Shown one piece after another: positions 1 through 8,970 of a stretch of DNA of 64,000 nucleotides. Below the pieces are notes generated by a model, which saw only the letters and a program-made list of their open reading frames with translations, was not told where the DNA came from and did not search any database. The stretch lies in contig CAWJSJ010000005.1 of the NCBI GenBank assembly GCA_963845565.1, forward strand, positions 352,001 through 416,000, read 5' to 3'. This DNA comes from an uncultured Methylomirabilota bacterium. GTDB taxonomy: Bacteria; Methylomirabilota; Methylomirabilia; Methylomirabilales; 2-02-FULL-66-22. Numbering within the stretch: position 1 is the first letter of the stretch; each line of letters begins with the position of its first letter. The position numbers and the translations under genes are program-made.

Positions 1-2
1 CG

Positions 3-296
3 GTCCGGCGCTGGAAACTCAGTCCCATGGATCTGGAGGCGCGCAGACGGTGGGTCGATTTCTCCCAGGCGAAGGACGTGATGTTTCAACACACGGATCT
101 CAAGCAAGCCCCCTGGTACGTGGTCAACGCCGACGACAAGAAGCGCGCTCGCCTCAACGTCATCCGTCATCTGCTGAGCATGATCCCCTACAAGGATCTG
201 ACGCCGGAACCGATCATCCTGCCGCCGCGGCAGAAAGAGAACGGGTATGTTCGGCCGCCCCTGGCGAATCAGACCTTTGTGCCCGAAGTGTACTGA
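3..296 (+). CDS. ppk2: Polyphosphate kinase 2, C-terminal part (5' end lies outside the window)
   Basis: Frame open from position 3; RWKLSPMDLE, APWYVVNADDKKRARLNVI are typical PPK2 C-terminal motifs. Confidence 0.92.
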   Translation, partial: VRRWKLSPMDLEARRRWVDFSQAKDVMFQHTDLKQAPWYVVNADDKKRARLNVIRHLLSMIPYKDLTPEPIILPPRQKENGYVRPPLANQTFVPEVY

Positions 297-455
297 CCCG
301 CAAGAATCAAACGTACCGGACACCTTTGGGCACAGAACGACTTGATTCTGTGGAGGGGCCGATTCGAGTCTTTGGTGTGTAATGCGGGGCCAGGTCGTTG
401 CATAAGTGGGGTAACATTCGATTCGGGGATGCGCAGGGATGTTGCGCGCGGGGCG

Positions 456-1403
456 TTAGGAGCGGCGTCGGGTATCGAGGAGCGACGCGAGCGGGGCCTC
501 GGGAGTGTCGATCACGTAGCGCAGAGGATCCGTCGGCACGCCGTTCACCTGCACCTCATAGTGCACGTGGGGGCCGGTGGTTCGTCCCGTGGTTCCGACG
601 CGGGCGATCTCATCCCCACGCTGGACGCGTTGGCCGACACGGACCTTCTGATTGGCATTGTGGGCGTAGAGCGTCCGGTATCCGTAGCCGTGGTCGATGA
701 CCACCACGTTGCCGTAACTCCCAAGCGTACCCGCGAACCGGACTGTCCCGGCGGCGGTGGCGTGGATGGCTGTTCCCGGGGGCGCTGCAATGTCGATTCC
801 TTCATGCTCCTCGCGCTGTCCCGTGAAGGGGGATGGGCGCGAGCCGAACCGTGTAGAGATCCAGCCCTGCGCTGGCAGAATGGCTGGGGTCGCGGCCAAC
901 AGGGCCGTGCGCCGATCCAGGACGATCTGGAGACCGCGGAACGCGCGCCCCCGCCGTTCGATCTCTGCGTCCAGCGCCGCAATCTCTCCGGTGGCCCAGG
1001 CCACCAGGCCGCCGGGTTCCTGCATCAACGTCCGGAGCGTCGCGCGGGCGTCGGCGTCGGCTCCACCGTGGGCCGCCGTCCTCATCCTCTGGGCATGGGT
1101 GATGCCCAGCGTCGCCTGGAGCGATTGGCTCAGCCCTCGGACGGTCGCCATCTGTCCTTCAAGGCCTTCGACCTGTCCTTGAACGTCCTGCCAGCCCTCT
1201 GCCCGTGCGTGGGCGTTTCGCTGTGCCGTCACCAGAGTCTGGAGTGTGCCGCACTCTCGCACTAACCAGACGGATCCCATGCCGCCGGCCATCGCAATCA
1301 GCGCCAAGGCAATCCCCGCGGTACGGGTGAGTCGGAGAGTCCGCGGTCGTCCGGTGTACCCCGCGAGGACAACCAGGGTGATGGAGCGAGGGATCCCGCT
1401 CAC
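456..1403 (-). CDS. M23 family metallopeptidase with N-terminal membrane anchor and coiled coil
   Basis: HEGIDIA, YAH and TGPHVHYEV zinc-binding motifs. GTG start at 1403 chosen because it overlaps (GTGA) the stop of the upstream small ORF. Confidence 0.9.
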   Translation of the reverse strand: MSGIPRSITLVVLAGYTGRPRTLRLTRTAGIALALIAMAGGMGSVWLVRECGTLQTLVTAQRNAHARAEGWQDVQGQVEGLEGQMATVRGLSQSLQATLGITHAQRMRTAAHGGADADARATLRTLMQEPGGLVAWATGEIAALDAEIERRGRAFRGLQIVLDRRTALLAATPAILPAQGWISTRFGSRPSPFTGQREEHEGIDIAAPPGTAIHATAAGTVRFAGTLGSYGNVVVIDHGYGYRTLYAHNANQKVRVGQRVQRGDEIARVGTTGRTTGPHVHYEVQVNGVPTDPLRYVIDTPEAPLASLLDTRRRS

Positions 1404-1510
1404 GAGGCTTGCCGGCCTTCCGTCGCGTGCTGGTGGTAGTACGCTCGCACCTCGATATATTCCAGACCCAGGACTCCGATCGCCACGATCACTGCCCACA
1501 ACTCAAACAT
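1400..1510 (-). CDS. 36-aa small membrane protein (MFELWAVIVAIGVLGLEYIEVRAYYHQHATEGRQAS), not in the ORF track
   Basis: AAGGAG RBS 6 nt before ATG, one hydrophobic helix, stop overlaps the M23 start codon, lies just downstream of a sigma54 promoter. Confidence 0.6.
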   Translation of the reverse strand: MFELWAVIVAIGVLGLEYIEVRAYYHQHATEGRQAS

Positions 1511-1570
1511 GATACGCTCCTTTCCGGGAGGTCGCGTCCGTTGCGGGGCGTCGGTGACGTGTTAGGGGAT

Positions 1571-1586
1571 TGCAGGGGCCGTACCC
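1571..1586 (-). promoter_or_regulatory. sigma54 (-24/-12) promoter of the small ORF-M23 unit
   Basis: Minus strand GGGTACGGCCCCTGCA has GG-N10-GC spacing; IHF-like TTTCAATGGGTTA at 1624-1636; imperfect dyads at 1660-1704. Confidence 0.6.
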
Positions 1587-2285
1587 GAAAGACCGCCGGG
1601 AATTCTGGCCACGGGTGGCCTATTTTCAATGGGTTATCTTGGGTTGACTTGGGGGGCGCCTGACAGGAGGACAGGGTGGCAGGGATTCCGCCAAAACCGT
1701 CAGGTCTAATGAGGCGGCCGCGCCGGGATGTTGGACAACGGAGGCTTTGGTCCGAAAAAACACTGTTTGGCCGTCAAATTCAAACCTAACTATTCATACA
1801 ATGCCGAAAAAGATCCTCTCCCCATTGGCGTATGTCGTTCCAATCAAGACCGTGTGCACAACAATGGTGCCGCTCCCCCGGCACTCTATAACGGGACAGT
1901 GACTTTCTCCAGCCCGGACAGTCCGTCCTTCTGGTTTCTCGGTAATCATCAGGCTCCCATCGACGCTCCGGCATTCGGCCCATCAGCGACAGCATCGGCC
2001 CCCCGTCGCGTTCCGGCGAGTCCACTTCGCACCCTCTCGTGCATTCTCCGGCCCGCCACTGAAGCAAGAATGGTCCGCCGTTCTGCAAGAGCACGCCTGG
2101 CGCTGCACCGCACGCCGCCCACCACCTCTCCATCTCCGGCGGGAGCATCTTCGCAAGAGATGTCTCCGGCGGGGCACGCCTTCTTGAGATGATGCTCGCG
2201 CCGTGGGCAGGTCGCGAAAACACCAGCGGCGCTGCCGATGGACCTTCCGGCCGCGCCGCCGTCGGGTGTGTCGCCGTTCGGAGTG

Positions 2286-3479
2286 CTACTTGTAGTAATA
2301 GGTGGGCTGCCCGCTGGCCGTCGGTCCACCGGGCCGGGTCTGGTTCTTGTTGAAGGTGTGGGAGCGCATGAAGAGATTGTCCGCGGTGCGCCCCGTGGCC
2401 GGCATGATCTTCGCGTAGTCGTACTGGGTGCCGTGGCAGGTCGCACAGGTCTCCCGCGCCGCCGGCTTCGGCTTCGCCAGGGCGTGGGGGGTGTGGCAAT
2501 CCCCACAGCTCAGGAGGTTCTTGCTGTAGTGCGACGACTGAATGTACTCCTGCCACTCCTGGTGGTGCTTGCGGCTGTCGTAGAACTTGTGCTTCTGGGC
2601 GAGATCATCCAGGTAGAAGGCGTTCTCCAGGTCGGTCTTGGGGTAATTCTGGCTGAGCGGCTGCTTCGGGTTGGCCCCAGGGATCAGCACACCATCCGGA
2701 TACCAGGTCCGCCAGTCATCCTGGCCGGCCTTATACGTGTCACCGATCACGGGATGGGGCTGGTCCTCGCGCACGTTGCCCTGAGCAGTCCGGAACTGGG
2801 AGGTCTCCTTCCGCACGTGGCAGTACCCGCAGACCAGGGACGCCTGCTCCTTGCTGGCCTTGGCCGGGTTGAAGATGTCGGCCTTGGCGGTGCTCGCCGC
2901 ATGCTTACCGCCGGGGCCGTGGCAGGACTCGCACCCGGTGTTATGCTCCACCATGCTGACCTTCTGGGCCGCGGGATTCTTCGGGTCGTAGGACGTCAGG
3001 CGGTAGCCGGTGGCATGGCAGGTGGCGCACTGGGTCTCCCAGTCATTCTTTTGGCCGTAGTTCTCCCAGAGCCTGGTCATCCGGTTCCACTGCTTGTCGA
3101 GGAACTGATGGTTTCCGGTGGCGAGATTCTTCACGAGGTACCGCTGCTTCCAGTACGAGCCGACCACGTAGACGACATCCTCCATCTTGTACGGTTTGCC
3201 GTCGATGTTTCCCTTCGTCGGCCCAGCGGTGCCCTTGCTGTCCTTGGCCCAGTTGTCCCCGGCGTCCTTGAGCAGTCCCACCTTGAGGGGACGGATCATC
3301 TTGGCGTGGTTCGTCTCTTTCCAGGTCTTGTACTCGGCCGCGTGGCAGGCGGCGCACTTCTCGGACCCGACGAACGCAGTCTTCGCCGTGGCCGTGGGTA
3401 TGATCGCGCAGCCGACGGCAATGGCCAGCGCCAGCCCTCCGATTGCCAGGATCATGAGGAGAACGCGGTGTGAGGCCAT
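2286..3479 (-). CDS. Multiheme cytochrome c with six CXXCH motifs, probable lipoprotein
   Basis: CAACH, CATCH, CESCH, CGYCH, CGDCH, CATCH; signal peptide ending LAIAVGC; GGAGG RBS before ATG at 3479. Confidence 0.9.
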   Translation of the reverse strand: MASHRVLLMILAIGGLALAIAVGCAIIPTATAKTAFVGSEKCAACHAAEYKTWKETNHAKMIRPLKVGLLKDAGDNWAKDSKGTAGPTKGNIDGKPYKMEDVVYVVGSYWKQRYLVKNLATGNHQFLDKQWNRMTRLWENYGQKNDWETQCATCHATGYRLTSYDPKNPAAQKVSMVEHNTGCESCHGPGGKHAASTAKADIFNPAKASKEQASLVCGYCHVRKETSQFRTAQGNVREDQPHPVIGDTYKAGQDDWRTWYPDGVLIPGANPKQPLSQNYPKTDLENAFYLDDLAQKHKFYDSRKHHQEWQEYIQSSHYSKNLLSCGDCHTPHALAKPKPAARETCATCHGTQYDYAKIMPATGRTADNLFMRSHTFNKNQTRPGGPTASGQPTYYYK

Positions 3480-3600
3480 GAAGTCCCTCCCTTGACGAGT
3501 TGTGGAAGTACGACCGGACACGCAACGATCTTCGGCGGGGACGGTGGCCCTTCTCGCCGAGTCTTCCATGAAGACTCCCAGGTGCGCAGGCGGGCGACGG

Positions 3601-3948
3601 CTACGACGCGTTCCGGCGCGTGGTCGATCGGCGCACCCGCATTACGCGATCGGCCGGAAGCACCTCATGTGCCAGTTCGACGAGTTGGGCCTGCGCCCGG
3701 GCCAGCAGTCGTCGCCCCGCCGGGGTGCCCCGGTAGTACTTGCGCACGCGCCCGTTCACGACCTGCGCGGCGCGTCGCAGATACCCGCCGGCCTCCAGCG
3801 CGTGCAGGATGGGGTAGGGCGTCCCGGGACCGATCCGGTATCCGTGCCGGGCGAGTTCCTCCATTAGTTCCGTGCCGTAGACCGGTCCCTCGGTCGCGTG
3901 GAACAGGATATGGGCTCGGATGAAACCCAGAAACAGTTCCCGGAGCAT
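3601..3948 (-). CDS. PadR family transcriptional regulator
   Basis: FIRAHIL..YGTELMEEL..GPGTPYPILHALE..GRVRKYY; canonical GTLYP reads GTPYP here. Confidence 0.85.
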   Translation of the reverse strand: MLRELFLGFIRAHILFHATEGPVYGTELMEELARHGYRIGPGTPYPILHALEAGGYLRRAAQVVNGRVRKYYRGTPAGRRLLARAQAQLVELAHEVLPADRVMRVRRSTTRRNAS

Positions 3949-4096
3949 GGGACCGCCCTTTGTCGCGAACCCGCCCCGTGTCAAGCGGCGCACGCTGCCG
4001 AGTCGAGCCGGATGCGACACGGTGAAATCGGCACTTGTGGGAAGTGCGGTATCTCCATACAATATGGTCCTTCGATAATGCGGGCGGAGTATGCGT

Positions 4097-4521
4097 ATGC
4101 CGGTTCCGTTGATTGTCCTCATAGACGACGAACCCCTCTTTCGCCGGTCGATGGCAACACTCCTCACCCGGCACGGCTACCGCGTGGAAGTCGCCGCGAC
4201 CGCGACCGATGGCCTGGCCCTGCTGTGTGCAGCCCAACCGGACCTGCTCCTCTTGGACCGGCCCTCCCAGATGGGGATGGGCTCCACCTCCTCCCGGTGG
4301 TCCGTCGCGATTGGCCCGACCTCCCCGTTCTGATGATCACGGGGGCCCCGCGGCCCGAGACCCGGACGCACGCGCTGCGAGCGGGCGCAGTGGCAGTCTT
4401 GGAGAAACCGTGCGAACCCGAGGTCCTGCTTGCGGTGTGTAGCACAGGCGCTCCACCCACCGAAACCTGGTGCGCCGTCCGGCCTGTCGAAAGGGCCCAG
4501 GGATGCTCGCGAGGGTCGTGA
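4097..4521 (+). pseudogene. Single-domain response regulator with a 1-bp deletion frameshift near 4259
   Basis: IVLIDDE..PDLLLLD in one frame continues as ALPDGDG..VLMITG..VLEKP in the adjacent frame; sequence GAC CG GCC CTC CCA lacks one base. Confidence 0.8.
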
Positions 4522-4606
4522 TCCGGTTTCAGGCTCCATGTGACGGCGGGACGCACGTCGAGCGAAAGGAAGAGCACGAGAATCCAACGCCCGGCAGAGA
4601 GAACGC

Positions 4607-5794
4607 ATGATGAACGAGCAGGCAGCGCAGGAACGCAACCCGGGCTCGGTCGGCGAGGTGGCCCGGCTCTTCCTCAAGCTCGGGACGATCGCCTTTGGTG
4701 GCCCGGCAGCGCACATCGCCATGATGGACGATGAGATCGTTCGCAGGCGGGGGTGGCTCAGCCGGGAGCGATTCCTCGATCTGCTGGGGGCCACGAACCT
4801 CATCCCCGGGCCGAACTCGACCGAAATGGCGATCCACCTCGGGTTCCTCCGCGCTGGCTGGCGGGGCCTGATCGTCGCGGGGGCGTGCTTTATCCTGCCA
4901 GCCATGACGATCACCGGAATCCTGGCGTGGGCCTACGTCCGGTACGGCGCCCTGCCGGAAATCGTCTGGCTGCTCTACGGGGTCAAGCCCGTGATCATCG
5001 CCATCGTGGTCCAGGCCCTCTGGGGGTTTGCCACGAAGGCCATCAAAGGACTCCTCACGGGAACGGTCGGCGCCGGGGTCCTGGCGCTCTCGTTCCTTGG
5101 GTGGGATGAGATCCTCCTCCTGCTGGTGGGCGGAGGTGTGGTGATGCTGGCGACCTCCCTGGAGCGCCGGTGGAAACCGACCGCGATTGGCGCCGCCCTG
5201 GGCGGTAGTATCCTCGGAGCCGGGACCGTGACATCTGCAGCGACCGCGGCCTCGGGGGCCGGCGCACCCGTGACCCTCTGGGCGTTGACGGGCTTCTTCC
5301 TCAAGGTCGGCTCCGTGCTCTACGGGAGCGGCTACGTGCTCCTGGCCTTCCTCCGGGGGGACCTGGTCCACCGGTGGGGCTGGCTCACCGACCAGCAACT
5401 CATGGACGCCATCGCGGTGGGGCAGTTCACGCCGGGGCCGGTCTTCACCACCGCGACCTTCATCGGCTATGTCGTCGCGGGGGTCCCCGGGGCGCTTCTG
5501 GCGACCCTCGGGATCTTCTTCCCGTCGTTCGTGTTCGTGGTTGCCAGCAGTCCCCTCATACCGCGAATCCGAAGATCGGCGTGGGCGGGGAGCTTCTTGG
5601 ACGGCGTGACCGTGGCCTCACTGGGCCTGATGGCAGTTGTGACCTGGCAGCTTGGGCGAGCGGCGCTGGTCGATTGGGTGACCGTGAGCCTGGGGCTCGT
5701 CGCGGCCCTCCTGGTCTTCCGCGTCCGGGTGAACTCCGCCTGGCTTGTCTTAGGCGGCGGACTCATCGGTCTGGCGACGCATCTGCTCCGGTGA
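4607..5794 (+). CDS. chrA: Long-chain chromate efflux transporter (CHR family)
   Basis: FLKLGTIAFGGPAAHIAMM, IPGPNSTE, GSVLYGSGYVL, GQFTPGP; two homologous halves. Confidence 0.95.
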   Translation: MMNEQAAQERNPGSVGEVARLFLKLGTIAFGGPAAHIAMMDDEIVRRRGWLSRERFLDLLGATNLIPGPNSTEMAIHLGFLRAGWRGLIVAGACFILPAMTITGILAWAYVRYGALPEIVWLLYGVKPVIIAIVVQALWGFATKAIKGLLTGTVGAGVLALSFLGWDEILLLLVGGGVVMLATSLERRWKPTAIGAALGGSILGAGTVTSAATAASGAGAPVTLWALTGFFLKVGSVLYGSGYVLLAFLRGDLVHRWGWLTDQQLMDAIAVGQFTPGPVFTTATFIGYVVAGVPGALLATLGIFFPSFVFVVASSPLIPRIRRSAWAGSFLDGVTVASLGLMAVVTWQLGRAALVDWVTVSLGLVAALLVFRVRVNSAWLVLGGGLIGLATHLLR

Positions 5795-5834
5795 CCGGCA
5801 GCGCGGACGAGCACCAACCAAAATGCCGTAGCTA

Positions 5835-6041
5835 CCCAACTCTCCGGATAAACGCGGGGCTCGATACCGCGACTCATCAGGCAACCAACTGCCGCAAGGC
5901 AAGCGCGGCGAGTCTCCTTTCCCGTAGCGCCACCCATCGGGTGTGAGTCAGACTGCTCCGCATTGCTGACGCGTCGCCCCTCTGCGGCGGGTACGACGCA
6001 TCAGGTGTCCGCGACTCGACTTCAATGGCCGGAGAGTTGGG
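5835..6041. repeat. 207-bp element bounded by a perfect 13-bp inverted repeat, with internal hairpins
   Basis: CCCAACTCTCCGG (5835-5847) and CCGGAGAGTTGGG (6029-6041); internal stem 5966-5976/5994-6004. Confidence 0.6.
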
Positions 6042-6357
6042 AGAGGAGCGAGGCGGTAAGGTTCCCTCGATCCCCGGCAGGTGTTTCGTCCCGTGCGACG
6101 TCCGACCCGATGCGTATCGGTGCGGTAGGCGTCCGATCCGCCTTGGTGTTGCGTGTTGCGCACGTATGGCGCCGGCCACCCCGCCCGCCAGTTGAGCACG
6201 AGCCCCCAGCGGGGCCGGCGACCAACAACTTCTAGCGGGCACCCAGTCGAACGGAGCCAACTTTGCGACGCCACCACGTGGGTGCGCGGCCGCACGAGAC
6301 TGCCCAGAGCGAGTGACCAGCGCGGATGGTGCTCGCGTCCCGGCGGCCCCTTTGGCC

Positions 6358-6385
6358 TTGACAGTGTCGCCCGGGCTGGCATGCT
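6358..6385 (+). promoter_or_regulatory. Possible sigma70 promoter for the gene at 6510
   Basis: TTGACA, 16-nt spacer ending TGG, then CATGCT. Confidence 0.35.
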
Positions 6386-6509
6386 CCCGGTACCGATTCG
6401 TGGGATCGGCCAGCTCGGTCGAGTGCCGCGCGCCGCGCATGCGCGTGGGCGGCCGGCCATAAACCAAGGCGGTCTGGCTCCGGGGCCGCCCCCAAAAGGA
6501 GCCGTCATC

Positions 6510-6947
6510 ATGCACCGGATCGTGCTTGCAATCCTCGTGGTCATCCTCGCCGCCGCGCCCGGCATCGCCTCCGCCAGCCTCGACAGCTTCCTGAGCAGCG
6601 TCAATGTTCAGGCGCGGGCCGACCTGCCCGGATTCCACGCCAAGGTCAGCGCGCAGTTCGGCGTCCCCATCCCCCGGGTGGAGGCGGTGCTCGGGATGGT
6701 GGCCACCCCGGCGGACGCCTTCATGGTGTTCCAGGTGGGACAGATGGCCCATCGGCCCCCCGAGACCGTGGTGCACACCTATCAGGCCCACCAGGGCAAA
6801 GGCTGGGGGGTTATTGCCAAGAACCTCGGGATCAAGCCGGGTTCCCGGGAGTTCCACGCCCTCAAGAACGGGGACCTGGTGTACGGCGATGCGGCGACGA
6901 GTAGCCCCGGCAAGGGGAAGGGCAAAGGGAAGGGGCACAACAAGTAG
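6510..6947 (+). CDS. Secreted conserved hypothetical protein with GWGVIAKNLGIKPGS motif and GK-repeat tail
   Basis: AAAGGAG RBS, signal peptide ending ASA, C-terminal GKGKGKGKGHNK. Confidence 0.8.
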   Translation: MHRIVLAILVVILAAAPGIASASLDSFLSSVNVQARADLPGFHAKVSAQFGVPIPRVEAVLGMVATPADAFMVFQVGQMAHRPPETVVHTYQAHQGKGWGVIAKNLGIKPGSREFHALKNGDLVYGDAATSSPGKGKGKGKGHNK

Positions 6948-7179
6948 CCGTCCGGCGGGCGGCCGGGCACCGGCGCACGCCCCGTGCCCGCCTGCAAGGA
7001 AACGCCAGGCCCGAGCCACGCGTTCTTCACGACGCGGGGTGGCCATCCGCATGGAGGACCGGAACGGAAGGATTGCCCCCAAACGGACCCGCTCCGTCAT
7101 TGGAATGCCGCGTGCTCTCGCTAACGTGATAAGATTAAGGTTATCCGAAGAGAACGCGTCAACGAAGGAGGAGCACACC

Positions 7180-7767
7180 ATGCGAACGCTTGTGAGATGG
7201 ATTGCGGTTCCCATCCTGGCCGTGGCGATCGTCCCGTTTCTGACCGAGTGGCCCGGCTCCGTGGGCGACCGCACCTCCGGGACCGCATACGCCAAGGACG
7301 GCGGCGGCGGTGGTGGGAATGGTGGTGGTGGGAACGGCGGCGGGGGAGGCGGGAACGGTGGGGGCAGTGGTGCTGGCAGCGGGAGCGGCGCGGGCCATGG
7401 CGGCGGCCATGGGGCCGGCGCGGCCGATGCCGGGGGGCGCGGGGCCGGGGACGGAGGCGGCCGGGGACAGGGGAGCGCGGACTCCGCCCACGGGGGCAAG
7501 GGGCAGGGCGCCGCGGGCGGGGCCGGGGTCGGCCATGGCCACCAGGGCCGGGGGGTCGGCAGCGCGGTGTCCGAGGCGGCGACCACCGCCGCGCACATGA
7601 GCAAACAGGACGTTCAAGCGGCCGGCTTCCGGAACCGCGGCGAGGCGGTGAGCACCGCGGTCCATGAGGCGCAACAGGCGGCCCGCGACCGTGAGGCCGC
7701 GGCCGAAGCCGCGGAGGTCGGGAGCCCCACCGGGACCACGACCACCCCGAGTACCACCCGGCGGTAA
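7180..7767 (+). CDS. Secreted glycine-rich low-complexity protein
   Basis: AAGGAGG RBS, hydrophobic N-terminus, AYA cleavage-like site, long Gly/Asn/His tract. Confidence 0.8.
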   Translation: MRTLVRWIAVPILAVAIVPFLTEWPGSVGDRTSGTAYAKDGGGGGGNGGGGNGGGGGGNGGGSGAGSGSGAGHGGGHGAGAADAGGRGAGDGGGRGQGSADSAHGGKGQGAAGGAGVGHGHQGRGVGSAVSEAATTAAHMSKQDVQAAGFRNRGEAVSTAVHEAQQAARDREAAAEAAEVGSPTGTTTTPSTTRR

Positions 7768-7789
7768 CGCGGGAGGACAGCACCTGACG

Positions 7790-8590
7790 ATGACACCGGT
7801 GGAGCACAAGCGCGGCCGGATGGTCGCCCTCGGCGTGGCTTTGGTCCTGCTCTGCGCCGGGTGCAGCGGCCTGACGTCCCAGGCGTCGGAAAGGTTCACC
7901 CAGGCCCGTCAAGCCCAGGGGAGCTACCACGACGGGCTCGCCCGCTACGAGGCGCAGGACTATCGGGGTGCGATCCCGCACTTCGCGCGGGCGCTGGCGT
8001 ACGACCCCGCCTTCGACGACGCCGAGGCGCACCTGGCGTGGAGCTACTACTACGTCGGCCAGTACCCGGAAGCCACCCGTCATTTCCGGCAGGCCCTGGT
8101 GCGGCAGCCCCAGTGGAAGGGCTTGCACGCCGGGCTCGGGTGGAGCCGGTATCGGGTGGGCCGCTACCACCTCGCCATCGACGCCTTCCAAGCGGCCCTC
8201 GCCCTGGACCCCCGCGACCGCGAGGCCGCGGTGGGCCGGGCCTACGCCCTGTTCGAGTTGGGCCGGTATGCCGAGGCCCTGCCGTACCTGGCGCGTCTGA
8301 CGCGCGAGGGCGAGGGGAACGCCTTCCAGCGCCCCACCCCGGACCTGGACGAGGTGCGGAGCCGATTCGCGTGGGCGCTCTACTATGGTGGGCACTACGG
8401 CCAGGCGCGCGACGAATTCCTCAAGGGCCTCGCGGCCAGGCCGACCTGGTACGGCCTGCACAACGGCCTGGGCTGGACGCAACTCCAACTGGGGGAGCGC
8501 GCGAAGGCTCGGGCCAGCTTCCAGCGGGCCTTGCAGCTGAAGGCGGACTTGGCGGATGCCCGGCAGGGCTTAGCCCAGGCCACGCGGTAA
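7790..8590 (+). CDS. Tetratricopeptide repeat lipoprotein
   Basis: LCAGC lipobox; repeated TPR pattern (LAWSYYYVGQYPEA, LGWSRYRVGRYHLA, LGWTQLQLGERAKA). Confidence 0.88.
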   Translation: MTPVEHKRGRMVALGVALVLLCAGCSGLTSQASERFTQARQAQGSYHDGLARYEAQDYRGAIPHFARALAYDPAFDDAEAHLAWSYYYVGQYPEATRHFRQALVRQPQWKGLHAGLGWSRYRVGRYHLAIDAFQAALALDPRDREAAVGRAYALFELGRYAEALPYLARLTREGEGNAFQRPTPDLDEVRSRFAWALYYGGHYGQARDEFLKGLAARPTWYGLHNGLGWTQLQLGERAKARASFQRALQLKADLADARQGLAQATR

Positions 8591-8655
8591 CCGCTCGCCG
8601 GTCCGGACCCCGGCGTTCGGTGTGGGGGCGGTCCGCTCAGAACATACTCGGCAGG

Positions 8656-8970
8656 GTGAATCCCACACGAGCGTCGGGGGTGTCCTCGGCGCTCGGGTTG
8701 CAGGCGGCCCGGACGGAACGGCCGGACGTCGTCGTGCTCTACGTCCACCTGCCGGGGGTGTCCGGCTACGACGTCGCCCACCGGCTGAAGGCCGATCGGA
8801 TGACCGAGGCCATTCCCATCGTGGTGCTGACGGCCCAGGCCATGCCCGGGGAGGAGCTGCGGGCGCGGGCAGCCGGCTGTGATGCGTTCTTGACGAAGCC
8901 GGTCGATGCCACCCTTCTGCGACAGATCGTGCGGCGTTTGCTGGCCGGCCGCCGTAACGTCGTGCCATGA
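8656..8970 (+). pseudogene. 5'-truncated DivK-like receiver domain, phosphoacceptor Asp replaced by Tyr
   Basis: RPDVVVLYVHLPGVSG..IPIVVLTAQAM..GCDAFLTKP; the N-terminal acidic pair is absent; TAC at 8740-8742. Confidence 0.7.

Noticed and set aside
5860..5925. Hammerhead ribozyme (CTGATGAG on the minus strand) or SAM-I riboswitch (CTCATC..GGCAACC)
   Set aside because: No correctly placed GAAA with stem II for a hammerhead; the P2 and pseudoknot parts of SAM-I are missing
5835..6041. Retron msr-msd
   Set aside because: The terminal inverted repeats fit, but there is no reverse transcriptase in the window
7299..7365. GGC/GGT tandem repeats as a repeat array or CRISPR
   Set aside because: They are Gly codons; no repeat-spacer periodicity or cas gene seen anywhere in the window
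5877..7604. 575-aa proline-rich minus-strand ORF
   Set aside because: The poly-Pro run is the reverse complement of the poly-Gly gene, which has the RBS and signal peptide
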